A DNA stretch of 64,000 bases from an uncultured bacterium. GTDB lineage: Bacteria; Desulfobacterota_D; UBA1144; Nemesobacterales; UBA2774. The notes beneath the pieces were generated by a model that did no database searches, was not told the DNA's origin, and saw nothing but the letters and a program-made list of their open reading frames with translations. Every line of letters begins with the position of its first letter. The first letter of the stretch is position 1. The stretch covers positions 928,001-992,000 of the forward strand of contig CAWGRW010000009.1 of assembly GCA_963825135.1 (NCBI GenBank), given 5' to 3'. The position numbers and the translations under genes are program-made. Of this stretch, positions 29,334 to 40,669 are shown piece by piece.

Positions 29334-31628
29334 ATGTCTCCTAAAACCAAATTGAAAGAACCAAGACAGGTTTCCTCCGGTGTTAAGCGGAGGAAACTTG
29401 TCGACCGTATTGCAACCGGTGTCGTCGCAGTCGGAGGGATAGCGATAATATTATGTATTATAGCGATTCTCGTATTCATAGGGATCGAAACTATTCCCCT
29501 CTGGCAGGGAGTAAAGTCAGAGCTCGTAAGCTCATTTGTTCTGAAGGAATCCCCTGATCTCGCCTCCTACTCTCTCGACAGTCCTGACGAGAAACAGTTT
29601 CCGTTCCTCGCGGCGGGGACCGAACAATATAAAGAAATAGGCTTCATAGTCGCAAACGACGGAACAGTCGTCTTTTTATCTCTTAAAGACGGACGCACGA
29701 TAAAAAAAGTGCAGCTGCCGGGGCTTGAGGGCACAAAAATAATTTCGAGCTACGTGTCCGAGAACAATAAATTATATAGTTTCGGAACCGAAAACGGTAA
29801 GATTGTGCCGGTTCAGATGAGCTACTCGGCTGTCTTCGAAGGCGATAACAGAATCATCACGCCTAACGTCAAGGAAGAAGATGCCGTCACCATTGGATCT
29901 TCACCGCTCGTCGCGGTCGCCTACGAAGAAGACGATGACGGGAACAATACGGCAGTCGCTTATACGTCCGAAGGGCGCCTCATCTTATCCGCGATGGCCG
30001 AATCCGGCGGACTGCTCGGAGGGGGAGAAAAAACACAGGTCACCAGCGATCTGACGGATAAGCTCGAAGGCAACAAGGTGACCGCGCTAGAAATCGACCG
30101 TTCTCTGGACGACCTCTATGTAGGGACAAACAACGGGAAGCTGTATCACTTTGATGTCCGGGATAAAGAGAATCCCGTGCTTCTGGACGCTCTCGGCGTT
30201 TCTCGTAACTCAAATACCCCGGTTACAGCGCTCGCGTTCCTTCTGGGAGACCGGTCTCTCATCGTGGGCGACGGCGCAGGAGACGTATCCGTCTGGTTCG
30301 AAGTCTCCGATCCGGATTCCCCGCGGGGTAAGATTCTAAAAAGGATCCACGAGCTCCCTCCCATGGAGCTTCCCGTAACAAATATTATTGCATCCACCCG
30401 GGATCGCGGGTTCATAGCCGCTGACAACGGCGGCAATATAAATCTCTATCACGCTACGTCCGAAAGGAAACTCAAATCGTTCAAGACAGACGGCCCAGTA
30501 AGGACTCTCGCTTATCCCCCCAAAGCCGACGGAATAATCGCCGTTGATCAGAAGGGAAAACTTTATGACTGGAATGTTAATAACCCGCACCCCGAAACAA
30601 GCCTGCAAACCCTTTTCGGAAAGGTCTGGTATGAGGGCTACAGCAAGCCTGAATACGTATGGCAGTCAACCGGGGGCACCGATGACTTTGAGCCGAAGTT
30701 CAGCCTCACGCCCCTGGCATACGGCACATTGAAAGGTGCCATCTACGCACTGCTCTTCGCAATACCCTTGTCCATATTCGCGGCCTTGTGCGTGTCTCAA
30801 TTTATGCACCCGACGCTCAGGAACACGATTAAGCCCGTAATAGAGGTGATGGCCGCGCTTCCGAGCGTTGTGCTGGGGTTCTTCGCGGGTCTCTGGCTTG
30901 CGCCGATCATTGAAAAATTTATCCCCGCGCTTTTTATCATGCCCATCGTTCTCACTATATTCACATTGACAACGGTCTTAGTCTGGCAGTACCTGCCCAG
31001 AAGCATAAAGGGCAGGTTCAAGGAAGGCTCAGAGCTCTTCTTCCTGGTCCCGGTAATACTGCTCGGTATTTTAGTGGCTCTGTGGCTAAACGCCCCAATA
31101 GAGAAGCTGATATTCGGCGGGGAATACAAGGCGTGGTTTTATAACGTGCTGGGTCTTCAGTATGACCAGAGAAATTCGTTGATCGTAGGGTTCGCGATGG
31201 GATTTGCAGTGATACCTATAATATTCACGATTTCTGAAGACGCCCTGTCGAGCGTGCCCAACCATCTCACGGCGGGCTCGCTGGCGCTCGGAGCGAACAG
31301 CTGGCAGACGGCCATTCGTGTGGTGCTTCCGACGGCTAGCCCCGGGATATTCTCGGCTGTCATGATAGGCCTGGGGAGAGCGATCGGAGAGACGATGATA
31401 GTGCTCATGGCCACGGGAAACACGCCCATAATGGACTGGAGCCTGTTCAATGGATTTCGCGCACTCTCCGCAAACATAGCCGTGGAAATACCCGAAGCCC
31501 CGTACGGCGGGACGCTCTACAGGATACTATTCCTGGCGGCGCTCCTCCTCTTCTTCTTTACTTTTATTATTAATACGGCTGCGGAGCTGGTAAGGCAGAG
31601 GCTCAGAAAGAAGTACGGTCAGTTATAA
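29334..31628 (+). CDS. pstC: phosphate ABC transporter permease with large beta-propeller-like extracytoplasmic domain
   Basis: C-terminal permease motifs (LPSVVLG, SLALGA, RAIGETMIVLM); repeat-like insertion; operon position. Confidence 0.9.
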   Translation: MSPKTKLKEPRQVSSGVKRRKLVDRIATGVVAVGGIAIILCIIAILVFIGIETIPLWQGVKSELVSSFVLKESPDLASYSLDSPDEKQFPFLAAGTEQYKEIGFIVANDGTVVFLSLKDGRTIKKVQLPGLEGTKIISSYVSENNKLYSFGTENGKIVPVQMSYSAVFEGDNRIITPNVKEEDAVTIGSSPLVAVAYEEDDDGNNTAVAYTSEGRLILSAMAESGGLLGGGEKTQVTSDLTDKLEGNKVTALEIDRSLDDLYVGTNNGKLYHFDVRDKENPVLLDALGVSRNSNTPVTALAFLLGDRSLIVGDGAGDVSVWFEVSDPDSPRGKILKRIHELPPMELPVTNIIASTRDRGFIAADNGGNINLYHATSERKLKSFKTDGPVRTLAYPPKADGIIAVDQKGKLYDWNVNNPHPETSLQTLFGKVWYEGYSKPEYVWQSTGGTDDFEPKFSLTPLAYGTLKGAIYALLFAIPLSIFAALCVSQFMHPTLRNTIKPVIEVMAALPSVVLGFFAGLWLAPIIEKFIPALFIMPIVLTIFTLTTVLVWQYLPRSIKGRFKEGSELFFLVPVILLGILVALWLNAPIEKLIFGGEYKAWFYNVLGLQYDQRNSLIVGFAMGFAVIPIIFTISEDALSSVPNHLTAGSLALGANSWQTAIRVVLPTASPGIFSAVMIGLGRAIGETMIVLMATGNTPIMDWSLFNGFRALSANIAVEIPEAPYGGTLYRILFLAALLLFFFTFIINTAAELVRQRLRKKYGQL

Positions 31629-31675
31629 ATTATTTTGATCAAATTGATGCAACCGAATCCATAGAGGCAGAGCAA

Positions 31676-33298
31676 ATGAATAAATTCTGGAAAAGCGGTG
31701 ATCCTTTCGTATGGCTTTCGGGCGTCGCCCTGATGTTCTGTCTCCTTATGATCGCAGGTCTCCTTTATCTCATAGCGGCCAAGGGCCTCGGGTTTTTTTG
31801 GCCCGCCGACCTGGCTCAGCTTGACCTTAAGGACGGCTCCAAGCTCCTGGGTGTAATTACCAGCCATGAAAAGGTAAGGGGTTATAATGCCGGACCCGAG
31901 GCTCCTGAAATATACAGGACGCAGCTCAAGATAGGGAACAGGGATCTATACGGCCTCGATTTCAAATGGGTGGATGACGACCAGATAGAAAAGATTACCC
32001 ACCCGAAATACGCAGTAGTACTCGAACGGAGGGAGTGGGGAAACATGTACGGCTTCATAAAGGAGATTGACGAGGACGGAAAGGCAATCTGCAGCGGCAA
32101 CGAGGAGTGCTGGCCTGTCCTCGAAGCCCAGGTCCCCAAGTACCGGAAAATATTTGATGAAATAAGGTCGATTGAAAAGGGTGCGATCGGCGGAATTAAC
32201 ATGAAAATGGAGGACCTGAGGATACATATCAAAGCACTTAATAGAGAAGGGGGCAATAATAAGGAAAAAATCAGCAAACTCGAGGCTGAGGTCAAAGAAC
32301 AGGAGGGCAAGTATAGCGAGCAGGAAGCCAAACTCACCGTACTTTATCAGGAATTTAATAGAGAAAGATTCATAATGACTTCAATCGACGGCAGGGAAAA
32401 AGAAATGCCGGTCGGTACCGTCGTAAAAGCCTATAGACCAAACGCGATGAGCTGGCCGCAAAAGGCTTCCATGTATGCGGGGAACGCATGGGCCTTCGTA
32501 TCCGAAGAGCCCAGGGAGGCAAACACCGAGGGAGGCGTCTTCCCTGCAATATTCGGAACCATTATGATGGTGTTTCTGATGAGTATCGTCGTCCTGCCCT
32601 TCGGGGTCCTGGCGGCGTTATACCTGAAGGAATACGCGAAACAGGGCGTGCTCGTAAGGCTTGTCCGGATATGCGTGAACAACCTGGCAGGCGTCCCCTC
32701 TATCGTATTCGGAGTCTTCGCGGTGGGCTTTTTTATCTACGGCCTCGGGAGCACCATCGACGGCATTTTTTTCAGGGACGCTCTGCCCAACCCCACCTTC
32801 GGGACGGGGGGGATACTCTGGGCTTCGCTAACGCTGGCCCTTCTTACCGTACCTGTAGTAATCGTAGCCACCGAGGAAGGCCTGGCCGCGGTACCCAAGG
32901 AAATAAGGGACGGCTCTCTGGCACTCGGAGCCACAAAGTTCGAAACCACATGGAAAATCGTCATACCGAGCGCCATGCCGGCGATATTGACCGGACTGAT
33001 ATTGGCGATAGCCAGGGCTACCGGAGAGGTCGCCCCGCTCATGATAACAGGGGTCGTAAAGCTGGCCCCCCAGCTCCCTATCGACGGCTACTTCCCATAC
33101 CTGCACCTCGAAAGGAAGTTCATGCACCTCGGATTTCATATATATGACGTGGGTTTTCAGTCACCCAACGTCGAGGCCGCAAAGCCCATGGTGTACACGA
33201 CCGCATTTCTACTCATATTGATTGTGGTTGCTTTAAACATGACCGCAATTGTCGTCAGGAACCGTTTGAGAAAAAAATATACTACCTCGGCAGTTTAA
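31676..33298 (+). CDS. pstA: phosphate ABC transporter permease PstA (extended)
   Basis: [32 protein letters not shown]. Confidence 0.92.
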   Translation: MNKFWKSGDPFVWLSGVALMFCLLMIAGLLYLIAAKGLGFFWPADLAQLDLKDGSKLLGVITSHEKVRGYNAGPEAPEIYRTQLKIGNRDLYGLDFKWVDDDQIEKITHPKYAVVLERREWGNMYGFIKEIDEDGKAICSGNEECWPVLEAQVPKYRKIFDEIRSIEKGAIGGINMKMEDLRIHIKALNREGGNNKEKISKLEAEVKEQEGKYSEQEAKLTVLYQEFNRERFIMTSIDGREKEMPVGTVVKAYRPNAMSWPQKASMYAGNAWAFVSEEPREANTEGGVFPAIFGTIMMVFLMSIVVLPFGVLAALYLKEYAKQGVLVRLVRICVNNLAGVPSIVFGVFAVGFFIYGLGSTIDGIFFRDALPNPTFGTGGILWASLTLALLTVPVVIVATEEGLAAVPKEIRDGSLALGATKFETTWKIVIPSAMPAILTGLILAIARATGEVAPLMITGVVKLAPQLPIDGYFPYLHLERKFMHLGFHIYDVGFQSPNVEAAKPMVYTTAFLLILIVVALNMTAIVVRNRLRKKYTTSAV

Positions 33299-33353
33299 TA
33301 GATGTTATATTATTTGTTACTCCGTGGTATTTGTTAAGGAGGCTACAACTGAA

Positions 33354-34202
33354 GTGATTACCGAAAAAGCAAAAGAAGCGCCGGAGACCAGAATCAGCGA
33401 GCAGATCAAAGTGCACGGTGATCCGAAATCGAGCAAATTCAAGGTGCCTGACCCCATAGTGGAGGTAAACGACGCGAACCTGTATTACGGGGCAAAACAC
33501 GCTTTAAAGAACGTTTACATGGACATCCCGAAGAACAAGGCTACGGCGTTCATAGGGCCTTCGGGGTGCGGTAAGTCCACGCTGCTCCGATGCTTCAACC
33601 GCCTGAACGATCTTGTAGACGCGGCGCGCGTCGAGGGAGAAATCCTCATAGACGGCGAGGATATATACGACCCGAGCGTCGACATAACCCAGCTCAGAAA
33701 AAACGTCGGGATGGTCTTCCAGAAATCAAACCCGTTCCCGAAATCCATTTATGAAAACGTCGCATACGGCGCAAGGATAGCGGGTGAGAACAGAAAATCA
33801 GTCCTGGACGAAATCATTGAAAAGAGCCTGAAAGGCGCGGCGCTCTGGGATGAAGTTCACGACCGACTAAATGATAGCGCTCTCGGACTGTCCGGGGGCC
33901 AGATGCAAAGACTCTGTATCGCGAGGGCCATAGCTGTCGAGCCGGAGATACTCCTGATGGACGAGCCCTGCTCGGCGCTCGACCCCATAGCGACCGGAAA
34001 AATAGAGGACCTTATTACCGAGCTTAAATCGAATTACACTATTGTTATAGTCACCCATAACATGCAGCAGGCCTCCCGCGTATCCGATTACACCGCATTC
34101 ATGTACCTGGGTGAGCTCATTGAATACGATACGACGGAAACGATATTCCTCAATCCCAGGCTCAAGCAGACTGAAGACTACGTCTCGGGCAAATTCGGAT
34201 AA
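33354..34202 (+). CDS. pstB: phosphate ABC transporter ATP-binding protein
   Basis: [53 protein letters not shown] 33354 follows an AAGGAGG RBS. Confidence 0.95.
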   Translation: MITEKAKEAPETRISEQIKVHGDPKSSKFKVPDPIVEVNDANLYYGAKHALKNVYMDIPKNKATAFIGPSGCGKSTLLRCFNRLNDLVDAARVEGEILIDGEDIYDPSVDITQLRKNVGMVFQKSNPFPKSIYENVAYGARIAGENRKSVLDEIIEKSLKGAALWDEVHDRLNDSALGLSGGQMQRLCIARAIAVEPEILLMDEPCSALDPIATGKIEDLITELKSNYTIVIVTHNMQQASRVSDYTAFMYLGELIEYDTTETIFLNPRLKQTEDYVSGKFG

Positions 34203-34462
34203 TAATGGACCTTCATCCGACAATTGGTTTCTCTCTGGGATTTCGGCAACAAGCGGAAAGAATGCCTGATGAAGATTATTTAAAGCAGAGATTTACACAG
34301 AGGGTTCAAAGGCCCGTCCGGGATAAGAGGCAGAGGTGAAAGACGCGCCGGACGGATTCAAGAGCGTCGGGGATGAAGTAAAACGCTGAATAGAGTCCGG
34401 GTTTGGCGGGGAAGCGGCCCCGGGCCTCAAATAGATACTCAATTCAGCAAGCCGGAAACAAC

Positions 34463-35125
34463 ATGGTCAGATTGGAAGAAGAAATCAGCAAACTAAAAAA
34501 GATGTTATTCGAGATGGCGACCTCCGTCGAAGAGATGATTGCCAAGAGCATCAAAGCGCTCAAAGACCGTAATATGATTATGGCCGAGGACGTAATAAAG
34601 TCGGACGCCAAGATCAATGAAATGGAGATCGATATAGATAATCAGTGTATTAAAATACTGGCGCTCTATCACCCGGAAGCGGAAGACCTGAGAACCGTTT
34701 CCATGATTATGAAGATCAACAACGATCTCGAGAGGATCGGCGACCACGCCGTCAACATCGCCGAAAAAACGATATACCTGGCCGACAAACCGCCCGTAAA
34801 ACCGCTCATCGACATCCCCAGGATGGCTGACAAGGCCATACAGATGCTTCAGGAAAGCCTGGACGCATTCGTCAACAAGGACGCCCAGCTCGCTATAGAT
34901 GTGTGCAAGAGAGACGATGAAGTGGACTCGCTCGAGCCCCAGATAGTGAGGGAGCTTGTCACATATATGATATCCGACCCCCAGACTATCGATAGGTCCC
35001 TGACGCTCATACTGATAGCCAGAGAAATAGAGAGGGTCGCAGACCTTGCGACGAATATAGCCGAGGACACTTTTTACATAGTAAGCGGAAAATCGTTGAA
35101 GCATCACTCTCTCGAAAAATCTTAA
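34463..35125 (+). CDS. phoU: phosphate signalling protein PhoU
   Basis: DLERIGDHAVNIAE and IERVADLATNIAE repeats; start placed at ATG 34463. Confidence 0.95.
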   Translation: MVRLEEEISKLKKMLFEMATSVEEMIAKSIKALKDRNMIMAEDVIKSDAKINEMEIDIDNQCIKILALYHPEAEDLRTVSMIMKINNDLERIGDHAVNIAEKTIYLADKPPVKPLIDIPRMADKAIQMLQESLDAFVNKDAQLAIDVCKRDDEVDSLEPQIVRELVTYMISDPQTIDRSLTLILIAREIERVADLATNIAEDTFYIVSGKSLKHHSLEKS

Positions 35126-35314
35126 TCCGCGGCATACCCGCCTATAAACTCTCTAAATTCCGGATAGAACATAAAATCGCCGCCAATCCTGCCAGCTCCG
35201 CCGCCTGCCGGCCGTATCCAAATTTCGGAAAAGAAGGATATGTATTCGGGCCTATAGTATAATTTTCTTGAAAAGATGCGTTATACGTATAAACTCTTAG
35301 CCTTTTAAAGGCAA

Positions 35315-36178
35315 ATGATTAACGATATGCACTTAAAAGACCTCTATCTGTTAGGAAAGGAAAACATGAGGCTTCACCTCATAGAAAACCCCGCTATCGA
35401 AGCGTCTATACTGCTTTCTAAATCGAGCGCCATTAAAGATATATCTGAAATTTATGCCTATCCTGAAAAAGAGCTCGATCAGGTCAAAGTCGAGGAATTC
35501 TACAGGCTCATGGACAGGAGAATTAAAAACGAGCCCATCGCGTACATTACGGGCGAAAAGGAATTTTTTTCAAGGACCTTCTCAATTAACAATAGCGTTC
35601 TGATTCCGAGGCCCGAGACGGAACTGCTCGCGGAAGAGGTTATCGGAACAATGATAGACATAAACAAACCCGTGGTCCTCGATATCGGCACCGGGAGCGG
35701 CTGCATTGCCGTAACGATTGCCTGCGAAATGTCGGCCTCAGTTGTATTTGCCTCAGATATGTCACGCGATGCGCTGGAACTTGCAGAAACGAATAAAGAG
35801 AACCATTGTCCCGACGGCGAATTATTCTTTGTGCTCGGGGACCTCGCCGATCCCTTCAAAGACCGTGCATTCGATATAGTCGCATCGAATCCGCCGTATG
35901 TACCGGAGTCCGAATACCGGCTTCTTTCGCCCGACGTAAGGGATTACGAGCCCCGCTCGTCTCTCGTCGGGGGCGAGGACGGCTTGTATTTTATACGAAA
36001 GATTGTATCGGGCGCGGCGCGTGTCCTGAAAAGAGGCGGCTGGTGCCTGCTTGAAGTAGGGGCAGGACAGTCATTCACCGTAGAAACGCTTTTCCGGGAG
36101 GCGGGATTTACGGAGATTTCTTCCGTAAAGGATATTAACAATATAGACAGGGTCGTAAAAGCACAATGGAAAAAATAA
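35315..36178 (+). CDS. prmC: release factor glutamine methyltransferase
   Basis: EPIAYITG, VLIPRPETE, DIGTGSG, SNPPY. Confidence 0.95.
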   Translation: MINDMHLKDLYLLGKENMRLHLIENPAIEASILLSKSSAIKDISEIYAYPEKELDQVKVEEFYRLMDRRIKNEPIAYITGEKEFFSRTFSINNSVLIPRPETELLAEEVIGTMIDINKPVVLDIGTGSGCIAVTIACEMSASVVFASDMSRDALELAETNKENHCPDGELFFVLGDLADPFKDRAFDIVASNPPYVPESEYRLLSPDVRDYEPRSSLVGGEDGLYFIRKIVSGAARVLKRGGWCLLEVGAGQSFTVETLFREAGFTEISSVKDINNIDRVVKAQWKK

Positions 36179-37422
36179 TAGTAGAGGGTGGGAAAAGGCT
36201 CGAGGGCGAGATCGTGGTAAGCGGCGCTAAAAACGCGGTTTTACCCCTTATGGCGGCATGTATTCTGGCCGAAGGAAAAAATATAATCACCAATGTCCCC
36301 GACCTGGCCGATGTGAGGACCATGGCAAAACTGCTCCAGATACTGGGAGCCGAGGTTGAATACGACAACGGCACGCTCTTGATCGACTCAACCAACTTAA
36401 ACAACTGGGAAGCGCCTTACGAGCTCGTTAAGACCATGCGGGCGTCCGTACTCGTCCTGGGTCCGCTCACAGCCAGGTTCGGCAAGGCACGCGTATCTCT
36501 TCCCGGCGGCTGTGCTATAGGAGAGAGACCGATAGACCAGCATCTGAAAGGGCTCGCCATCCTCGGCTCGAAAATCCAGATCGAGGAGGGTTACGTCGAA
36601 ACGAGCGCCCCAAGGCTGACAGGCGGAATAATTCCCTTCGACGTATCGACAGTGACCGGGACCGAGAACCTCATGCTTTCCTCGGTGCTTGCGGAAGGGG
36701 AAACGATACTGCTCAACGCGGCGTGCGAGCCCGAGGTCACGGACCTCGCGACCGCGCTCAATCGTATGGGCGCCGACATTACGGGCATAGGGACGGACAT
36801 AATAACAATAAGAGGCGTAAAGAAGCTCTCACCCCTCTCAGGCTACGAGGTCATGCCGGACAGGATAGAGGCCGGGACGTATATGATCGCGTCCGTCCTC
36901 ACGAACGGCGACCTACTGATCAAGAACTGCCGCTTCGAGAATATGGGGGCCCTCATAGGAAAGCTAATCGAAATAGGGGTACAAATAATCCGCGAGAACG
37001 GCGGGATCAGGGTAAAGTCGAACGGGGGACTGAAAAGCACGGACATCACCACCCTGCCCTACCCCGGTTTCCCGACCGACATGCAGGCGCAAATGATGAC
37101 TCTTATGAGCACGGCCGACGGTCTCAGCGTGCTGACCGAAACAATATTCCCGCAGCGGTTCCTCCACGCCGGAGAGCTCCGGAGGATGGGCGCCGACATA
37201 AAACTCGTAGGGAACAGCGCGGTCGTAAGGGGGGTGAAGCACCTGAGCGGAGCGCCGACGATGGCAAGCGATCTGAGAGCGAGCGCGTCCCTCGTATTGG
37301 CCGGACTCGCCGCGGTAGGAAAAACAGAGATATCGAGGGTATACCACCTGGACAGGGGCTACGACAAACTCGACAGCAAACTCGAAACCTTGGGAGCCAG
37401 CATCTGGAGGGAGAAAGAATGA
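36166..37422 (+). CDS. murA: UDP-N-acetylglucosamine 1-carboxyvinyltransferase
   Basis: SGAKNA, LPGGCAIGERP, PYPGFPTDMQAQ, DLRA, HLDRGY. Confidence 0.98.
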   Translation: MEKIIVEGGKRLEGEIVVSGAKNAVLPLMAACILAEGKNIITNVPDLADVRTMAKLLQILGAEVEYDNGTLLIDSTNLNNWEAPYELVKTMRASVLVLGPLTARFGKARVSLPGGCAIGERPIDQHLKGLAILGSKIQIEEGYVETSAPRLTGGIIPFDVSTVTGTENLMLSSVLAEGETILLNAACEPEVTDLATALNRMGADITGIGTDIITIRGVKKLSPLSGYEVMPDRIEAGTYMIASVLTNGDLLIKNCRFENMGALIGKLIEIGVQIIRENGGIRVKSNGGLKSTDITTLPYPGFPTDMQAQMMTLMSTADGLSVLTETIFPQRFLHAGELRRMGADIKLVGNSAVVRGVKHLSGAPTMASDLRASASLVLAGLAAVGKTEISRVYHLDRGYDKLDSKLETLGASIWREKE

Positions 37423-38042
37423 TAACGCTTGCAATCGCGAGGGGAAGACTGCTGGGCGAGGAAGTTGCAATCCTCAAAAAAGCGGGCTATCCGGTAGATA
37501 ACATCTTGAAGGACTCGAGGAAGCTGATTTTCGAATACCCCTCGCTAAAGCTGAAGATATTGATCATCCGCCCTACCGATATACCCCCCTACGTCGAATA
37601 CGGGGCGGCGGATTGCGGGATAGTGGGAATGGATACCCTCATGGAAGAAAAGCACGACCTGTACGAGCCCCTGGACCTCGCCATCGGAAAATGCAAGCTT
37701 GTAGTAGCGGCCCCGAAGGGCTTCGAGTATTCAACGACCGGGTCCCTCAGAATTGCGACCAAGTACCCCAGGATTTCTCACGAGCACTTCTCCGCCAGGG
37801 GAGTAGGGGCGGAAATCGTCAAACTCTACGGCTCCGTCGAGCTTGCGCCGATAGTGGGCCTGTCGGACGTTATAGTCGACCTCACCGCAACAGGGGAAAC
37901 GCTCAAGAAAAATAATCTTATCGAGTTCGAGACGATAGCGGAAGTCTCCGCCAGGCTAGTTGTTAACAGGGTGAGCATGAAGGTCAAGTCCGAGGAGATA
38001 AAAGGACTAATCAGGAAGCTCAAGGAAGTGAGGGGGAGCTGA
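37419..38042 (+). CDS. hisG: ATP phosphoribosyltransferase, short form
   Basis: C-terminal part of the 36723..38042 ORF: MITLAIARGRL, RPTDIPPYVE, ATKYP, GSVELAP, TGETL. ATGA overlap with murA stop. Confidence 0.93.
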   Translation: MITLAIARGRLLGEEVAILKKAGYPVDNILKDSRKLIFEYPSLKLKILIIRPTDIPPYVEYGAADCGIVGMDTLMEEKHDLYEPLDLAIGKCKLVVAAPKGFEYSTTGSLRIATKYPRISHEHFSARGVGAEIVKLYGSVELAPIVGLSDVIVDLTATGETLKKNNLIEFETIAEVSARLVVNRVSMKVKSEEIKGLIRKLKEVRGS

Positions 38043-38277
38043 TTTCATCCCCTGGGCACGGTGTAGTTAAACTTTAAAAACCTCGTAGCGTTCAAATACC
38101 TTTCACATCGGCAGTATCCTTAAGCGCCTTTAACGCTCTCTTAACAATTTCATGCTTTGAATAAACACAAGTTTCGGTAAACTAAATATTTGTATATACT
38201 GGGGTTGGGCCTTAAACTTAGTAAATTCTGCCCTTTCGGCAATGATCCGAGGGGGTGGGATTCCGGGAGATAATTAC

Positions 38278-39615
38278 ATGGAAGCCAGAGCGAAATCCCG
38301 AGAGAGAGATCATCAGAAAAGCAACGGTAAGCATGCAGGACCCGGCGGCCTCGCGAGGGAATTCTTAATAAATAGCTTTAAAGCGGTCAGGGGATTCTCC
38401 CATACGCTTGCCGAACCCCTAGAGACAGAGGACTACGTCATACAGTCGATGCCCGATGTCAGCCCGACTAAATGGCATCTTGCGCATACGAGCTGGTTTT
38501 TCGAAACGTTCGTGCTCTCAAAGGCCCTTAAGGGTTATAGATCGCCGAGCCCGCAATACGCATACCTCTTTAATTCATATTATATCCAGGCCGGCGAAAG
38601 ACACCTACGGCCGAAACGCGGTCTCATTTCGAGGCCTACCGTCAAAGAGACATACAGCTACCGCAGCCATGTGGACGAGTATATGATGCGGTTCATGGAA
38701 AGCGCGGACGAGATGAAATGGAAAGAATTCTCCCCGGCAATAGAAATCGGCATACACCACGAGCAGCAGCATCAGGAATTGATGGTCACGGATATAAAAC
38801 ACGTATTTTCCGAGAACCCTCTCCGTCCGCTCTATGTGAGCGACAGGGGCGGCGGCAAGACCGTGAGAAACGCGCCTCCCGCGAAATGGATAGATATCGT
38901 CGGGGGCGTTTATTCGATTGGACACAGCGGCAAAGGGTTCGGATACGATAACGAATTCCCTCTCCATAAGGTGTACATCGAGCCTTACCGTCTTCAGTCC
39001 CGCGCAGTTACTAACGGCGAATACATGGAGTTTATCGAGGACGGGGGCTACGAGACTCCGGAGCTCTGGCTCTCTGAAGGCTGGGCAACGGTCGAATCGA
39101 GAAACTGGAAAATGCCGTTTTATTGGGAGAGGAAAAACGGAAAATGGGTTTGTTTCACTCTATCCGGCATGAAGGATGTAAACCCCTCGGAGCCCGTCTG
39201 TCACGTCTCTTACTTCGAGGCCGACGCGTATGCGCGCTGGGCCGGGGCGAGGCTGCCGACGGAGGCGGAGTGGGAGGTCGCCGCAGCCGATTTGCCTGTG
39301 GATGGCAATTTCGCTGATAACCTGTCTTTCCATCCCGGCACGCCGACTAACTCTAAAAATATAAGCTCTCTGCTACAGATGTACGGGGACGTATGGGAAT
39401 GGACGCAAAGCGCCTACTCGTCCTATCCGGGGTTCAAAACCCTCCCGGGAGCGCTCGGTGAATATAACGGGAAATTCATGTGCAATCAGTTCGTTCTGAG
39501 GGGGGGGTCCTGTGCCACATCGCAGTCGCACATAAGAAAAACGTACAGGAATTTCTTCCCTCCCGACGCGAGGTGGCAGTTTATGGGCATTAGGCTCGCG
39601 AAAGATTCCTTGTAA
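38278..39615 (+). CDS. egtB: ergothioneine biosynthesis sulfoxide synthase EgtB
   Basis: QSMPDVSPTKWHLAHT, HHEQQHQEL iron motif, FGE-sulfatase-like C-terminus with EYNGKFM; upstream of egtD. Confidence 0.93.
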   Translation: MEARAKSRERDHQKSNGKHAGPGGLAREFLINSFKAVRGFSHTLAEPLETEDYVIQSMPDVSPTKWHLAHTSWFFETFVLSKALKGYRSPSPQYAYLFNSYYIQAGERHLRPKRGLISRPTVKETYSYRSHVDEYMMRFMESADEMKWKEFSPAIEIGIHHEQQHQELMVTDIKHVFSENPLRPLYVSDRGGGKTVRNAPPAKWIDIVGGVYSIGHSGKGFGYDNEFPLHKVYIEPYRLQSRAVTNGEYMEFIEDGGYETPELWLSEGWATVESRNWKMPFYWERKNGKWVCFTLSGMKDVNPSEPVCHVSYFEADAYARWAGARLPTEAEWEVAAADLPVDGNFADNLSFHPGTPTNSKNISSLLQMYGDVWEWTQSAYSSYPGFKTLPGALGEYNGKFMCNQFVLRGGSCATSQSHIRKTYRNFFPPDARWQFMGIRLAKDSL

Positions 39616-39668
39616 CATGAAATTCGGCAAATCCAAACAGCCCGTTCAAGCGTCTAATAGATAATAGG

Positions 39669-40631
39669 ATGAGAAAAAACCTCTTAAAAATAGACAAATT
39701 CGAATACGAGAGGCAGGCCCTCATCGGCGAGATCCTCTCGGGATTCGGCAAACCGCAAAAGCAGCTCCCCTGCAAATTATTTTACGACAAGAGGGGTTCG
39801 GCGCTTTTCGACGAGATTTGCGGGCTGGAGGAGTACTATCCGACACGTACCGAAGTCGGGATCATGAAAGACAATATCGGCGAGATTTGCTCTTTTCTCG
39901 GGAAGCACTGCCTGCTCGTGGAGCTCGGCAGCGGCAGCAGCATGAAAATCAGGCTGCTCCTCGACAACCTTCATGACCCGTCGGGCTACGTTCCTATCGA
40001 TATCTCCGAAGAACATTTAATGGAATCCGTCAGGGTACTGGCGGGGGACTACCCGGAGCTTAGAATTATGCCCGTTTATGCCGATTACACCCAGCCTATC
40101 GGCTTTCCCCAATTCGACTTCCCGTTTTCGCATATCGTGTTTTTCTACCCGGGATCCACCATAGGCAACTTCTCACCCGAATCCGCCCGCAGGTTCTTGA
40201 GCAGGATAGCGAGGCGTGCCGGAAGAGGAAGCGGCCTCCTGATCGGGGTCGACCTCGTGAAGGATATAAGAACTCTCGAAGACGCGTATAACGACGCCAG
40301 GGGCGTGACGGCCGAGTTCAATCTCAACATACTGACGAGACTAAACCGTGAGGCGGGTACGGATTTCGATGTCGGGAGATGGAGGCATAAAGCATTTTTC
40401 AATGCCCGGGAAAGCAGGATCGAGATGCATCTCGAGAGCGCGATTAACCAGAGAGTAAGCGTTGACGGGGTGAGCTTCCGTTTCAGAAAGGACGAGACGA
40501 TACTAACCGAATATTCTTACAAATATGCTCTGGAAAACTTCCGGGAGCTCGTATCGGATACTTACAGCGTCGAGAGGGTCTGGATGGACGTCGATAAAAA
40601 ATTCAGCATACAGTACTTGAAGGTAAGATAG
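39669..40631 (+). CDS. egtD: L-histidine N-alpha-methyltransferase EgtD
   Basis: LPCKLFYD, EYYPTRTE, GSTIGNF, AYNDARGVTAEFN, TEYSYKY. Confidence 0.94.
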   Translation: MRKNLLKIDKFEYERQALIGEILSGFGKPQKQLPCKLFYDKRGSALFDEICGLEEYYPTRTEVGIMKDNIGEICSFLGKHCLLVELGSGSSMKIRLLLDNLHDPSGYVPIDISEEHLMESVRVLAGDYPELRIMPVYADYTQPIGFPQFDFPFSHIVFFYPGSTIGNFSPESARRFLSRIARRAGRGSGLLIGVDLVKDIRTLEDAYNDARGVTAEFNLNILTRLNREAGTDFDVGRWRHKAFFNARESRIEMHLESAINQRVSVDGVSFRFRKDETILTEYSYKYALENFRELVSDTYSVERVWMDVDKKFSIQYLKVR

Positions 40632-40669
40632 TTTTATCATCCGCAGATTCAGGTTTAATCAGAAGCCGA

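Noticed and set aside
34205..34460. Short ORF or RNA between pstB and phoU
   Set aside because: The 44-codon ORF lacks an RBS and motifs; no recognisable RNA structure.
36723..37418. N-terminal 232 aa of the 439-aa ORF, suggesting a HisG fusion
   Set aside because: Overlaps murA in another frame and is Arg-rich noise; hisG starts at 37419.
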